A stretch of DNA of 46,960 bases from Candidatus Parcubacteria bacterium (GTDB lineage Bacteria; Patescibacteriota; Patescibacteriia; CAIXNZ01). Location: assembly GCA_026395755.1 (NCBI GenBank), contig JAPLYC010000073.1:1-46960 (forward strand), in the 5' to 3' direction. Under the pieces are notes generated by a model that worked only from the letters and a program-made list of their open reading frames with translations, did not search any database and was not told the DNA's origin. Below, piece by piece: positions 38,001 through 46,960 of this stretch. Numbering within the stretch: the stretch's first letter is position 1; each line of letters begins with the position of its first letter. A program made the translations under genes and the position numbers.

Positions 38001-39240
38001 GACGCCTAACAGCGGTTATGTTGACGTTGATATAGATACCTGGCAGTTAGCCGGTGATTTTTACAAGAAATGGACTGAAACTGGTAGTATTCCGCTGATA
38101 ACTGTAAATCATACAGTTGGTGATCTGTTGCCAAATACCTTATATTCGGCAACAGTTAATGGTGCAGTTGTTAGTTCTGGCTATTCAAATGGTGCTGGTA
38201 AATTCAATTTTAATTATTCTAGTAATAGCTACAATTCATTAAAGACATTTGAAGTTGGCAAGGCTTTTACTGCCGGTTCGCTGCCGCATGTAGACTCCCC
38301 AAGTGTTATTACAAATTTATCGGTAAAAGCTGATTCCACGGGCAGAGTTACGATAACCTGGCTGGATCCTACGGATGCAGACCTGAAAGAAATTGTAATT
38401 ACAGAAACTTCGGCAAACAACCAGACTCAAACTATTGTTATTGCAGCCGGCAAAGAGTCCGCAGTTCTTACCGGCAGAGCAGTCGGTTCCGAATATAAAT
38501 ATTTTATCAGAGCTGTAGATATTAGCGGTTTGGCAAGTACTGGAGTTACAATTACCATTACTATTCCCCGACAAGGTGAAACTCAGTCCGGTGAATCAGT
38601 TTTGTCTGCTCCTGAAGAACCATCAGGGTTAACTTTGCCGGATGGCGTCAATGTGGGAGATTCGATAAAAGTTTCAAATTCAACAACAGTTTATTTTGTT
38701 GATACTGATAAACGTCGCCATACTTTCCCGAATGAAACAACATATTTTAGCTATTTTTCAAGCTTCAACGGCATTAAAACTATATCTTTAAGCACTCTGG
38801 CTCGGATTACCCTTGGTAAAAATGTTACGGTCCGGCCCGGAACCTGGCTGGTAAAAATTCAGTCTGACCCCAAAGTCTACGCGGTTGAACCCTATGGTGT
38901 CTTAAGGTCGATTTCCAGTCAAGCAGTTGCCGCCGCTCTTTATGGGGCTGATTGGAACTCCAAAATTGCGGATATATCGCCGGCGTTTTTCGTGGATTAT
39001 CAGATTGGCTTAGACGTTTCGACCGCTGTTCATCCCACAGGTGTCGCTTTCTCTTATCAAAACGATTCTAAGGTTTATTACGTTGAGCAGAATAATAAAA
39101 GATATATTTCGACCGAGGTATTTATCAATAATAAATTTCGGGACATGTTTATAATAAGAAAAGTATCTCCTGATATTGCTTATGCGAACGGTACTGATTT
39201 ACCCAACCTGAATATAGAAGAAATAGTTACCACACGATAA
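35011..39240 (+). CDS. Large secreted/surface protein (Ig-like + beta-helix + FN3-like + conserved C-terminal repeat domain)
   Basis: N-terminal TM/AxA, YDDGTHGDLAAGDGIWS motif, beta-helix repeats after CGDKV..DLDC, VTITWLDP FN3-like region, RPGTWLVKIQSDPKVYAVEP C-terminus. Confidence 0.8.
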   Translation: MDLKLKNTRCWHELINKKFVAVYIALVLVLLINQVVFTVLLKDRETAKAATPPAFTLKVKQLNGVGANAKIMVDFDQNVYTTFGSSGALNNVDPDMVEGGGSAGLSIIAIDHIAGTRVAILTTSADLNVTVPNQVLISCNADQVYNSSNQKCFQTGTDVNAAATDLIAPTLSNWDLDMNAGTLALNFSEPMDFTFDFDETLLTIEDATAATFYTLTDSIGSWTAPGVFTVTLSPADINQIKAISGLAENMGNSYLTITDISGLKDAVQNDMVAGVNGVQVNIYTADTTLPTVSGNNLHTDFSGCTAPNLCLATEAIIFTWDNGAGGDNPTGYNGDLSSVSAELNHFSGSASQSFYDDGTHGDLAAGDGIWSYALAVSSTGDYSDILFYIRVADYAGNLSLPQCGREIVCACGDKVIADYTFGADLDCLTGGDGLVIDKDGITIDGGNHTITGTYATPGTDLITGQHGIINIDHSNITIRNLIIKDFFYGIAEGGLTGALSNITIQDSSVINTTKYAISFIFPIGIVIANSDTNIISGTTVTGYSTAIGMLATANNNISSNIVSTNGIGIDLSGGILPGALSFNSTIANNTIKLSNTSALKIPQIVADSTVTISGNTFLYNRLDIENAVDGAGVSYNYSNNHSSHNINNRMINFAAEPVTNLQLGVDTANFVFDMRDEAGLACPAPGCTYNIVTSPSEVITITPAGSSISGSFTPTKYGIYTLQITVTDSNGNVGKRNIPFYVYSVGGANDLATAETTYYFRPGVDSTHGQSKGADARSLLLTPPTAIETEQCSQWVINFIDELPDYPFGAITQQDFNFWGKSAGHSFSYLFRFWNSNQYVQNDIGAYGAYTYLDTNFSGLTWNMEYPYSWYHSVFEYGKPFLTNNNPYITSQVTQVPPDPFSTATITHTYTTTPAVKYFSNSDVLLLAANPSAPGSALATLVLDGTYASDNSINVTLANYKYPFSAEITRIDSDGTATLMASNVTTITTFNSVNMELTPNSGYVDVDIDTWQLAGDFYKKWTETGSIPLITVNHTVGDLLPNTLYSATVNGAVVSSGYSNGAGKFNFNYSSNSYNSLKTFEVGKAFTAGSLPHVDSPSVITNLSVKADSTGRVTITWLDPTDADLKEIVITETSANNQTQTIVIAAGKESAVLTGRAVGSEYKYFIRAVDISGLASTGVTITITIPRQGETQSGESVLSAPEEPSGLTLPDGVNVGDSIKVSNSTTVYFVDTDKRRHTFPNETTYFSYFSSFNGIKTISLSTLARITLGKNVTVRPGTWLVKIQSDPKVYAVEPYGVLRSISSQAVAAALYGADWNSKIADISPAFFVDYQIGLDVSTAVHPTGVAFSYQNDSKVYYVEQNNKRYISTEVFINNKFRDMFIIRKVSPDIAYANGTDLPNLNIEEIVTTR

Positions 39241-39253
39241 AATAGTAAAATAT

Positions 39254-39291
39254 AAAAAAGCCCCGTGTCTTTAGGACTGCGGGGCTTTTTT
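39254..39291 (+). terminator. Intrinsic terminator
   Basis: A6-GCCCCG...CGGGGC-T6. Confidence 0.85.
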
Positions 39292-39521
39292 ATATACTTA
39301 GCATATTGCGTATGGCTATTTGCCATAAACCAAACCTGGACCGATTTTAAGGTATTGTTTTATTAGCCAGTATTTACTATAATAAAGTCATAAGAAGCAT
39401 AATAAGATAGGACATGCGAGTTTCAAGATTAGCAATCACTTCAGCTAATTACTCCTTTATATATAAAAGAGAAATTTTTGGTTTCTCTTCTTTTTTTATT
39501 AATTAAGTTTAGCTAAAATCT

Positions 39522-42500
39522 ATGAACTTAAAACCAAAATGCAAGCCAGCCTGGCACGAATTATTCCACAAGAAAATTGTGGCTATTTATATTGCCTTGG
39601 CGCTGGTCTTATTGATTAACCAGATTGTTTTCACCTATGTTTTGACAGACAGGGAAAAGGTTAAGGCCTTTGATACTACTATATCCGCTTACGCGCAGTC
39701 AATTTCCAATCTGGGCAATCAGACAGTAAGTGCCGGTACTAATGATGTGGTTTTGGCTGAATTTTTTATGCCTGATGCCATGTATTTTAATGAAAATGTC
39801 GCCTGTAATGGAAGTATGGTCGGCAACCCCTGCGTCACTATAATTGATGCCAATGGCGCTCTTGACGGCACGTCTGGCGCAGATGATGATGGTTTTAGCT
39901 ATTTTTGGCAAGTAGAACCTCAGGGCAGATTTTTTAGAAATAAAGTCCGTAAAGCTGATAAAATTTGTTATGATAATGCGGTTACCCCAACTTGTGTTTA
40001 TTATGAGCCCGATTTTGTAGCTGCCCCTGGTGGTGGTGAAAATCCACCTGAAAATTGTCCTGGTTCAGATGGTAATGAGGTGTATCTTATAGGTGCTGCT
40101 TGTGCTCTTGGTACTGACTGGGCTGGCGGGGCTGATGGCTGGTCCCATTCGGAAATTATGAATACTGATGATGCTGCAATTTATTCTTATGACTGGTGCG
40201 GCGGACCGACTGAGCCTGGTTGTGGCTCTGTTGGTCCTTTGGCTGCTTTTAATACAAATGCAGTAGGAGGAACTTTATATTTTGAAAATTCCGGGGTATG
40301 CGGAGGCACTAATGGACTTACTTTTGAGGCAGATATTGAGCCGGTTTGGGATGATGTTTTTGCCACATCTGGCTTGGGTACAGCTGCTAATTTTGATCCC
40401 GGTATTGATACGATTTATTGGGATCCGAGCCATTGTCTGACTACTAATACCACGTGTACTAGCGGCGGTTGCGCAGGAAATATCGCAAATAGCGGGGCTC
40501 CGTTCATGCCATACTTTTTAAATGATGGAACGTCTTGCGGAACAGCCAATACCAGTGACGGTGTCTGGGAATACCCAGAACCGATTTGGAATGATTTGCC
40601 TTCTGGCAATGATGGCACTTATGATACAAGTACCAGTGATGTAGCGTATTGGGACCCGAGCGGTTGTTTGTCAGACGGATCTTCAACTGGTATCCCTCTT
40701 TTAAATCCAGGACAGCTGACTGAAACTTTAAGGTTAGTTACTGCAAAATTTGATACTGAGGTTCAGCCAAAGATAGATTCAACCGCTTGTTATCATGGGG
40801 CGGATAGGGCAGTTGATTGTGATGGTAGTGATACTAACGATGTGGGATTTTGCGATTTGATCAGCAATGGCGATAGTCTGACACCTTTGAATGGAACAGA
40901 AAATTTATGTACTGACAGTTTGACTGTTCCCACCAGGGTTTTCGTACATAGCGGATATACTTCTAAATGCAATACCGCAACCGGAACTTGGGAGAGTTTA
41001 AGAAACCCGTCAATTGCCGGAAGTTATACTGATGTTGCCAGCAATTGGGCTTATTTAGAAAGTAACGGCACTCCTGGCTGGCAAATTGGCGAAGATCTTT
41101 ATAATGATTTTTATGATACCAATGGCAATCCCGGTACTGTTTATGATAGAGGTATTAATGCAACTATGAGCCAAGGAGCTGCTTTTCCGGTCTGGCCGGC
41201 AAATGCAACATATTTTGATACTGATAGCAGCGGTAATTTTGATAATGGTGAGCCGGTTGTCATTGATATGGATAGTGATGGGTTTTACAGTTTAGGCGAT
41301 ACCGATGTTTATTCTAGTGGGGCTGTTCTTGGTGACCCCTTAATTTCCTTGACTGGGGCGACTGGTCCGGCTGGTTCCTCTGTGTATTACGTTGATTATA
41401 ATAATGATTCTAGTTTTAGTTGTGCTGATTCTATTTGGGAAGATGCCGGTAATATCCAGGATGGAAATATTGATAACGGCGTTGTTGACATGCCGTATGA
41501 TTTATTTAATGCTTTAGCCTTAAATAATCTGGGGTCGGCTCAGCTGTCTTCTGATATTACTAATTTGAGGGTATATGGTGATTTTTGGTGGTGGAACGGA
41601 ATTTTTGGTTATCAATCTGACGGACGTTGTGGCCAGGCAGGCGGAATAGGCGATGAAGTATTTGCCAAAATGGGTCTTTCTGGCAGTAATACCTGGGTTA
41701 GTAATAGTTTGGATCCTAATCAGGTAGTAGCTGGTAATGTGACACCGTTTTACAGGGCTTGTCTTGTGGGTGATATTACTCCGGAAGCAATAAATGGCAG
41801 GACCATTCAATTGCAATTTCCTCAACTCTATGACCAAAATTCCAATGGCTTATATAATGTTGGAGACAAAGGCCTATTCTTTAATTCAACAAATGACGGC
41901 TTAACTGACGCTGCTTATGATCTGCCTTATACTATTACCATTCAAAGTAGCAATTATATAAGCTATGGCGGCGGTACAACTACTCCGGCAGATACAACTG
42001 CGCCCGGTATGGTGACTAATGTAGTTATCAGTGCAAATTCGAGCGGTAATGTTACAATCAGCTGGCAAGATCCGACTGATACTGATTTAAGCCAGATTTT
42101 GATTGAAGAAATGGTAAATGGACAGGTTTTGGGAGACTATATTTCTAAAGGCGTGCAAACAAAGACCTTAACCGGTCGTATTGTCGGTAAAACATATTCT
42201 TACCGTCTGAGAGCTCAGGATACCAGCGGTAATTTGGGCATTGGCTTGTATTATTATATTACCATTCCGGTTACGGGCGAAGCCCAGGCTGAAGCGCAAG
42301 CTTTGCCTGCGCCAGAAGCGCCAGGTTTGATTTTGCAGGATCCTGAGCCAGCCGGCTCTTTGCCTCAAGATGTAAAAGTCGGGGATTTAGTCAAATCCGC
42401 TCAAGCCGGTGCTATATATTTCATTGACCAGGATAACCGTCGTCATGTATTTCCCAATGATAAGGTGTATATGAGTTATTATCCTGATTTCAATAATATC

Positions 42501-42965
42501 GATACTCTTAGCGACACGACTTTGGCAGCCATACCTTTGGGCAGTAACGTGACCATGAGGCCTGGTACCTGGCTGGTTAAAATCCAGTCTGACCCTAGAG
42601 TCTATGCGGTTGAACCTTATGGCGTCTTGAGGTGGATTTCCAGCGAAGCAGTGGCTAATGCTCTTTATGGAGCTGATTGGAATAGTAAAATAATTGATGT
42701 GGAATCTACATTCTTTATTAATTATCAGACCGGCGCAGCAATTATTAGTAATGTTCATCCGACCGGAGCTGCGTTCTCATATGCGGGTGAAACGAAAATT
42801 TATTATGTTGATCAGGGTAAGAAAAAATTAATTTCCACTGACGTCTTTATCAATAATAAATTCCAGAACAAGTTTATTATCCGCAATATTGATAAGGCCA
42901 TAACTTACGAAGACGGTGACGCTTTGACCAAACTGAATATGGAGGCAATTATGACTTTGAAGTAA
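39522..42965 (+). CDS. Large Cys-rich, acidic secreted/surface protein, paralogous to 35011 at both termini
   Basis: Same leader and FN3-like + C-terminal domain; unrelated middle with many Cys and DxDxxG Ca-binding-like loops. Confidence 0.8.
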   Translation: MNLKPKCKPAWHELFHKKIVAIYIALALVLLINQIVFTYVLTDREKVKAFDTTISAYAQSISNLGNQTVSAGTNDVVLAEFFMPDAMYFNENVACNGSMVGNPCVTIIDANGALDGTSGADDDGFSYFWQVEPQGRFFRNKVRKADKICYDNAVTPTCVYYEPDFVAAPGGGENPPENCPGSDGNEVYLIGAACALGTDWAGGADGWSHSEIMNTDDAAIYSYDWCGGPTEPGCGSVGPLAAFNTNAVGGTLYFENSGVCGGTNGLTFEADIEPVWDDVFATSGLGTAANFDPGIDTIYWDPSHCLTTNTTCTSGGCAGNIANSGAPFMPYFLNDGTSCGTANTSDGVWEYPEPIWNDLPSGNDGTYDTSTSDVAYWDPSGCLSDGSSTGIPLLNPGQLTETLRLVTAKFDTEVQPKIDSTACYHGADRAVDCDGSDTNDVGFCDLISNGDSLTPLNGTENLCTDSLTVPTRVFVHSGYTSKCNTATGTWESLRNPSIAGSYTDVASNWAYLESNGTPGWQIGEDLYNDFYDTNGNPGTVYDRGINATMSQGAAFPVWPANATYFDTDSSGNFDNGEPVVIDMDSDGFYSLGDTDVYSSGAVLGDPLISLTGATGPAGSSVYYVDYNNDSSFSCADSIWEDAGNIQDGNIDNGVVDMPYDLFNALALNNLGSAQLSSDITNLRVYGDFWWWNGIFGYQSDGRCGQAGGIGDEVFAKMGLSGSNTWVSNSLDPNQVVAGNVTPFYRACLVGDITPEAINGRTIQLQFPQLYDQNSNGLYNVGDKGLFFNSTNDGLTDAAYDLPYTITIQSSNYISYGGGTTTPADTTAPGMVTNVVISANSSGNVTISWQDPTDTDLSQILIEEMVNGQVLGDYISKGVQTKTLTGRIVGKTYSYRLRAQDTSGNLGIGLYYYITIPVTGEAQAEAQALPAPEAPGLILQDPEPAGSLPQDVKVGDLVKSAQAGAIYFIDQDNRRHVFPNDKVYMSYYPDFNNIDTLSDTTLAAIPLGSNVTMRPGTWLVKIQSDPRVYAVEPYGVLRWISSEAVANALYGADWNSKIIDVESTFFINYQTGAAIISNVHPTGAAFSYAGETKIYYVDQGKKKLISTDVFINNKFQNKFIIRNIDKAITYEDGDALTKLNMEAIMTLK

Positions 42966-42979
42966 GATTGTAAGATAAT

Positions 42980-43013
42980 AAAAACCCCGTGCCTGAAAAG
43001 GTGCGGGGTTTTT
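42980..43013 (+). terminator. Intrinsic terminator
   Basis: A5-CCCCGTGCC-tgaaa-AGGTGCGGGG-T5. Confidence 0.85.
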
Positions 43014-43027
43014 GGTATAATATATAT

Positions 43028-43090
43028 AATAACCAATAATCAATATCCAATAATCAAACAAATTCAAACAATCAAATTCCAAATCCAAAA
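43028..43090 (+). repeat. Half copy of the nnnnCAA skeleton element directly upstream of comEC
   Basis: aataaccaa taatcaa tatccaa taatcaaacaa attcaaa caatcaa attccaa; same register as the 29061 element. Confidence 0.7.
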
Positions 43091-43094
43091 CAGT

Positions 43095-44594
43095 ATGAGT
43101 AAATCGAAAATATTTTTCTATTCCTGCCTCTTTTTTATAATCGGAGTTTTTATCCGTTCGGTTTGGGCGCTGGATTTTTCTGTAAGTTATTTTATTTTCC
43201 TGGTTGCGCTCCTGGCGCTAATTTTTGGTTTAAAAAATCGCAATACTTTTGTTTCGGGTATCTGGTTGCTGGCTTTATTTTTCGGTATTGTTCGTTATCA
43301 GGTTTCTTTACCGCAAACTACACCGCTGGATATCAATTATTACAATGGTTCAAAAGCCGAATTTATTGGTCTGGTAGCTAAAGAACCTGATCAGCGGGAA
43401 GATAAGGTTAAATTAGAAATTAATACTCAGACTGTAAATAGGGGAGGCCAAGAGGAAAAAGTTAAGGGTAAGGTGTTAGTGACAACTTATTTGTTTCCCG
43501 AGTATAAATACGGAGACAAATTAAAAATAGTCTGCGATTTATTGCAGCCGGAGCCGATTGAGGATTTTCGTTATGATCAATATTTGTCCCGTTATGAAAT
43601 TTATTCAGTTTGTTATTCTCCCAAAATAATTCAACTGGCTGAAAATCAGGGTAATTTCTTTTTAGCCAAAGTTTATAGCTTGAAAAATTATTTTATTAGA
43701 CGGATAAATAAAGTCTTGCCCGAGCCTCAGTCTTCATTTTTAGGCGGTCTGCTGATTGGCGCCAAACGAGCCATTCCGGCAGATTTGCAGTCTTATTTTA
43801 ATAAAACCGGCACCACTCATATTGTCGCTGTTTCCGGCTATAATATTACCATTATCGCCACTTTTTTAATGCTTATTTCCGGGCATTTAGGACTTGGACG
43901 TAAAAAATCAATTTGGCTGATTCTGGGGTTTTTAGTTGTTTTCTTAATGATAACCGGACTTCAGGCTTCAATTTTGCGGGCGGCAATTATGGGAACCATT
44001 GTTTTATTAGCCGGGTATCTTGGCCGTATGAGCAAAGTAAAAAATGTCCTGGCTTTAGCGGTGGTCATTATGCTCCTTTTTAACCCCAAACTTTTGGTTT
44101 ATGACTTGGGTTTTCAGCTGTCCTTTCTGGCGACCTTGGGATTGGTTTATTTAAACCCGGTTTTGGTTAAACTTACCAAAATTGAAAATTGTAAATTGCC
44201 AATTGTAAAATTAATCGCAGGCGATTATTTACTGACCACTTTGTCGGCCATCATCATGACCCAGCCAATAGTTTTATATCAATTTGGTAAAATCTCTTTA
44301 ATTGCCCCAGTCGCGAATATCCTGGTTTTACCGTTTATTCCGATTGCCATGCTCCTAGGTTTTATCACGGGTTTGGCAGCCATGATTTGGGCGGGTCTGG
44401 GCTGGGTGCTGGGCTGGTCAGTTTGGCTGGTTTTGAGTTACATCATTTTAGTGCTGGAAAAATTGGCCGGTTTGAATTGGGCGTATTGGGAGATCCCGAA
44501 AATCGGGGTCTGGCTGATGGCGGGAATGTATTTAATTTTGGTCGTTGTAATTTATTTAAGTTCGTCGCGTAGGAAAGACGCTGACAGAGCTTAG
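43095..44594 (+). CDS. comEC: ComEC/Rec2 competence channel (DUF4131 + Competence domain; no C-terminal MBL domain)
   Basis: TGTTHIVAVSGYNI, ASILRAAIMG, GFQLSFLAT. Confidence 0.93.
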   Translation: MSKSKIFFYSCLFFIIGVFIRSVWALDFSVSYFIFLVALLALIFGLKNRNTFVSGIWLLALFFGIVRYQVSLPQTTPLDINYYNGSKAEFIGLVAKEPDQREDKVKLEINTQTVNRGGQEEKVKGKVLVTTYLFPEYKYGDKLKIVCDLLQPEPIEDFRYDQYLSRYEIYSVCYSPKIIQLAENQGNFFLAKVYSLKNYFIRRINKVLPEPQSSFLGGLLIGAKRAIPADLQSYFNKTGTTHIVAVSGYNITIIATFLMLISGHLGLGRKKSIWLILGFLVVFLMITGLQASILRAAIMGTIVLLAGYLGRMSKVKNVLALAVVIMLLFNPKLLVYDLGFQLSFLATLGLVYLNPVLVKLTKIENCKLPIVKLIAGDYLLTTLSAIIMTQPIVLYQFGKISLIAPVANILVLPFIPIAMLLGFITGLAAMIWAGLGWVLGWSVWLVLSYIILVLEKLAGLNWAYWEIPKIGVWLMAGMYLILVVVIYLSSSRRKDADRA

Positions 44595-44622
44595 CTCACG
44601 GTACCGAGAGCTAAGCTCTGTC
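44583..44622. repeat. Perfect 15-bp hairpin overlapping the comEC stop
   Basis: GACAGAGCTTAGCTC-N10-GAGCTAAGCTCTGTC. Confidence 0.75.
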
Positions 44623-44884
44623 TTCCTCCTTTTAACAAGGCAACGTTTTTTAGTGTCATTTGCGGATAATAGTTAACAAAAAGTTAAAAACATGTTATAA
44701 TGCAATTAAAGAATAATAATCGCATCAAAATGTCTACATTTTGGGGGAATTTTTTGATTTTATTTAAGTCTTATATGATTATCAATAGGAATTAGTGTTT
44801 TGGTTGACACTATTTTTTATTTTAAGTAAAAAATTAATAATTAAATATATTAAATTTAAAGACTAGAAAATTAACAAAAAAACT

Positions 44885-46960
44885 ATGTCTCAAAAAGTCA
44901 AAAAACAATTTTTCAGGATCCTGCCCTGGTCGGTGGTGGGGTTAATGGTGATTACTTTACTTGTGGGTGTTTCAGTTAATTTATCATCTTCGGTTTTAGC
45001 GGCTGATACGATTAGTTCGGCAACTTATATTGATGCTGACGGCGATGGATCAGTGGACCATATTAAAATCACCTTTGATACAAATATCACCCAGTGTGAT
45101 TATGAAGGTGGTGATTGGGGCGTTAATACTGCAGGAGATTTTAATATTTCCATTACGGGTATTGATACCGGTGATCCCGAGGGTACCGGTGAAGGCGCTT
45201 GTGACGGTTCTGATGCGATTGTTTATGTCAGTGTAAGCGCTGATGCTTCGGAAACCGGCAGTTCGGCTGATCCTGATATTTCATATACAGATCAGGGCAG
45301 TCTTGGCGATTTGATGGATAGTGCCGCAATAACTGATAAAAATAATATTGTGGCCACAGACGCTGCTGCGCCCGTGGTAATTAATACAATTGATTATTAT
45401 TCTTCAGGTTCTGATGGTACTGTCGACAGCTTTGATGTTTATTACTCTGAAAATGTAACTTTTAACGGAGCTGATTTGACTCAATTTGCTATAGTTAACC
45501 AGGGTTTAACTGGGTTTGATAGTGACGGCAATCCGGATGCAGTCAGTGGTAGCGGTACGAGCACTTTGACTTTCACCACCAGCGGTACCACTTGGTTGAC
45601 CGGTGTTCTAGCTACGACTAATGTTGAACCAACCCTGGCCTATACCCAAGGCGTTGCTGCTAATAGGGTTCAGGATTCTGTTCTCATTCCCAATTATGCT
45701 GCGAATTTTGGGGCAACTTCAATGTATGATTATGCCCAGCCGGTACTTGATGCTTCTTCAGCAGGGAATCTTGAATATTATAATTATAATAGCACTGGTC
45801 CGGCAGATGCAGTATCATTTTATTTTACCGAACCCGTTGATTATATTTATAATGATGCTGATTGGCTAGTAACTGCAAATGCTTTAACCGGTTTAGACGT
45901 GACTAAATGCCTTGAAGCAGGAGACGGTTATTATAACGGCTGTGTGGCAGCCACCGCTAATGGCTGGGTAGAATTATTAGCCGCAGGCACTACATCTTTA
46001 ACGGGTATTTCCGGTGATGTGTTGGGTGAGCCTGATGTTACTTATAGTGGTGGTGGTATAATGGACACCAATTTGAATTCTGCGCCTGGTTTTGGGCCAT
46101 TGCCTTTAACTGACTATGCTCAACCATATCCTGTTTCTGCTGGCTATGTAGATAATAATGGCGACGGACAAATTGACGGCGCCGGCATCCAATTCAGTGA
46201 AAATGTAACTTATACTTATCTGGGTACAGACTGGAGCGCATCTACTGCAGGGGAAATAACAAATTTTGCCCTCACTGGCGTTGATCTTATTACTTGTCCG
46301 CTAGGTGTTTGTACTAATATTAATTTGGTACCATTTACTGCGACCGCAGACGCCGATATTACAGGAGCTCCCACTGGTAATAATCCTGACTTGGATTATG
46401 TTCTAGGAAATGCTATTAGCGATACATCTGCCGCTACCAATGGTGCTACTAATTTTAACCTGGCAGATATTGATGACTTAGCTGCTCCGGTTGTGACTGA
46501 TACTTATTATGAGGATTCTGATAGTAATGGTACAGTTGATCGCATAACAATGGACATGACAGTAGATGAGGGTTTAACCTGCAATTTTGCTGTAGGGGAT
46601 TATGCTTTAACCGCGGGCGATATTTTAAATGACACTACGCCTACGGGCTGCAGCGTTTCAGGTAATGAAATCTATATTGACGTTAATGGTGAGTCTAACG
46701 TGACAGGCGGTGCAACAGATCCGACAATAGCCTTTACCAATTTTGCTAATGTTTATGACAACAGTACAAATAACAATAATGTAAATGATTTTGGGCCTCT
46801 TTCTGCTTCGGATGGCGCTCGACCTTTTATTTGGGCAGTCGAGACTGACGATTCTGATGGTAATGGCATGATCGACACGATTAATATCAGTACCTCAGAA
46901 GACTTAAATGATGATTTTGGAGATATAACAGCTACCGTTGGAGCGTATACTGTTTCTAGT
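44885..46960 (+). CDS. Large secreted repeat protein, 3'-truncated by the window end (not in ORF track)
   Basis: ATG 44885 MSQKVKKQFFRILPWSVVGLMVTLLVGV...VLAADT; open frame of 692 codons with ~120-aa repeats DxAxPV...YxDxDxDGxVDxIxIxFSE. Confidence 0.85.
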   Translation, partial: MSQKVKKQFFRILPWSVVGLMVITLLVGVSVNLSSSVLAADTISSATYIDADGDGSVDHIKITFDTNITQCDYEGGDWGVNTAGDFNISITGIDTGDPEGTGEGACDGSDAIVYVSVSADASETGSSADPDISYTDQGSLGDLMDSAAITDKNNIVATDAAAPVVINTIDYYSSGSDGTVDSFDVYYSENVTFNGADLTQFAIVNQGLTGFDSDGNPDAVSGSGTSTLTFTTSGTTWLTGVLATTNVEPTLAYTQGVAANRVQDSVLIPNYAANFGATSMYDYAQPVLDASSAGNLEYYNYNSTGPADAVSFYFTEPVDYIYNDADWLVTANALTGLDVTKCLEAGDGYYNGCVAATANGWVELLAAGTTSLTGISGDVLGEPDVTYSGGGIMDTNLNSAPGFGPLPLTDYAQPYPVSAGYVDNNGDGQIDGAGIQFSENVTYTYLGTDWSASTAGEITNFALTGVDLITCPLGVCTNINLVPFTATADADITGAPTGNNPDLDYVLGNAISDTSAATNGATNFNLADIDDLAAPVVTDTYYEDSDSNGTVDRITMDMTVDEGLTCNFAVGDYALTAGDILNDTTPTGCSVSGNEIYIDVNGESNVTGGATDPTIAFTNFANVYDNSTNNNNVNDFGPLSASDGARPFIWAVETDDSDGNGMIDTINISTSEDLNDDFGDITATVGAYTVSS

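Noticed and set aside
43095-44594. comEC truncated or pseudogene because the MBL domain is missing
   Set aside because: Stand-alone ComEC membrane domains are common and the ORF is intact.

Overview
Low-GC bacterial chromosome segment (code 11) that looks like a Patescibacteria/CPR (Parcubacteria/ABY1-like) genome. This is an inference from the SD-less core genes, the stand-alone ComEC and the C-terminal domain of the surface proteins. The backbone is housekeeping: hsp20, a split VanW-like gene, clpP, nrnA-like DHH, rbfA, rpoB-rpoC, HU, ymdB, rny, infB, trxA-trxB, Nudix, a CoA-binding protein, leuS, comEC and three very large secreted proteins. Accessory material is interleaved: an amidohydrolase-CoaB-CoaC/aldolase operon, orphan genes with their own promoter, strong SD and terminator, and a ~3.5-kb mostly non-coding, heavily structured island after rpoC. 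The most striking unexplained signal is a dispersed 87-bp dyad-symmetric element, present in 5 copies. Only a ladder of 14 CG dinucleotides with spacing 7-7-6-7-5-7-7-7-5-7-6-7-7 is conserved, while the spacers vary freely. Two copies bracket the structured island and two abut start codons. Other 7- or 9-nt-periodic palindromic skeleton families and at least one stand-alone ncRNA candidate are also present. Family assignments come from motifs read by eye; no searches were run.
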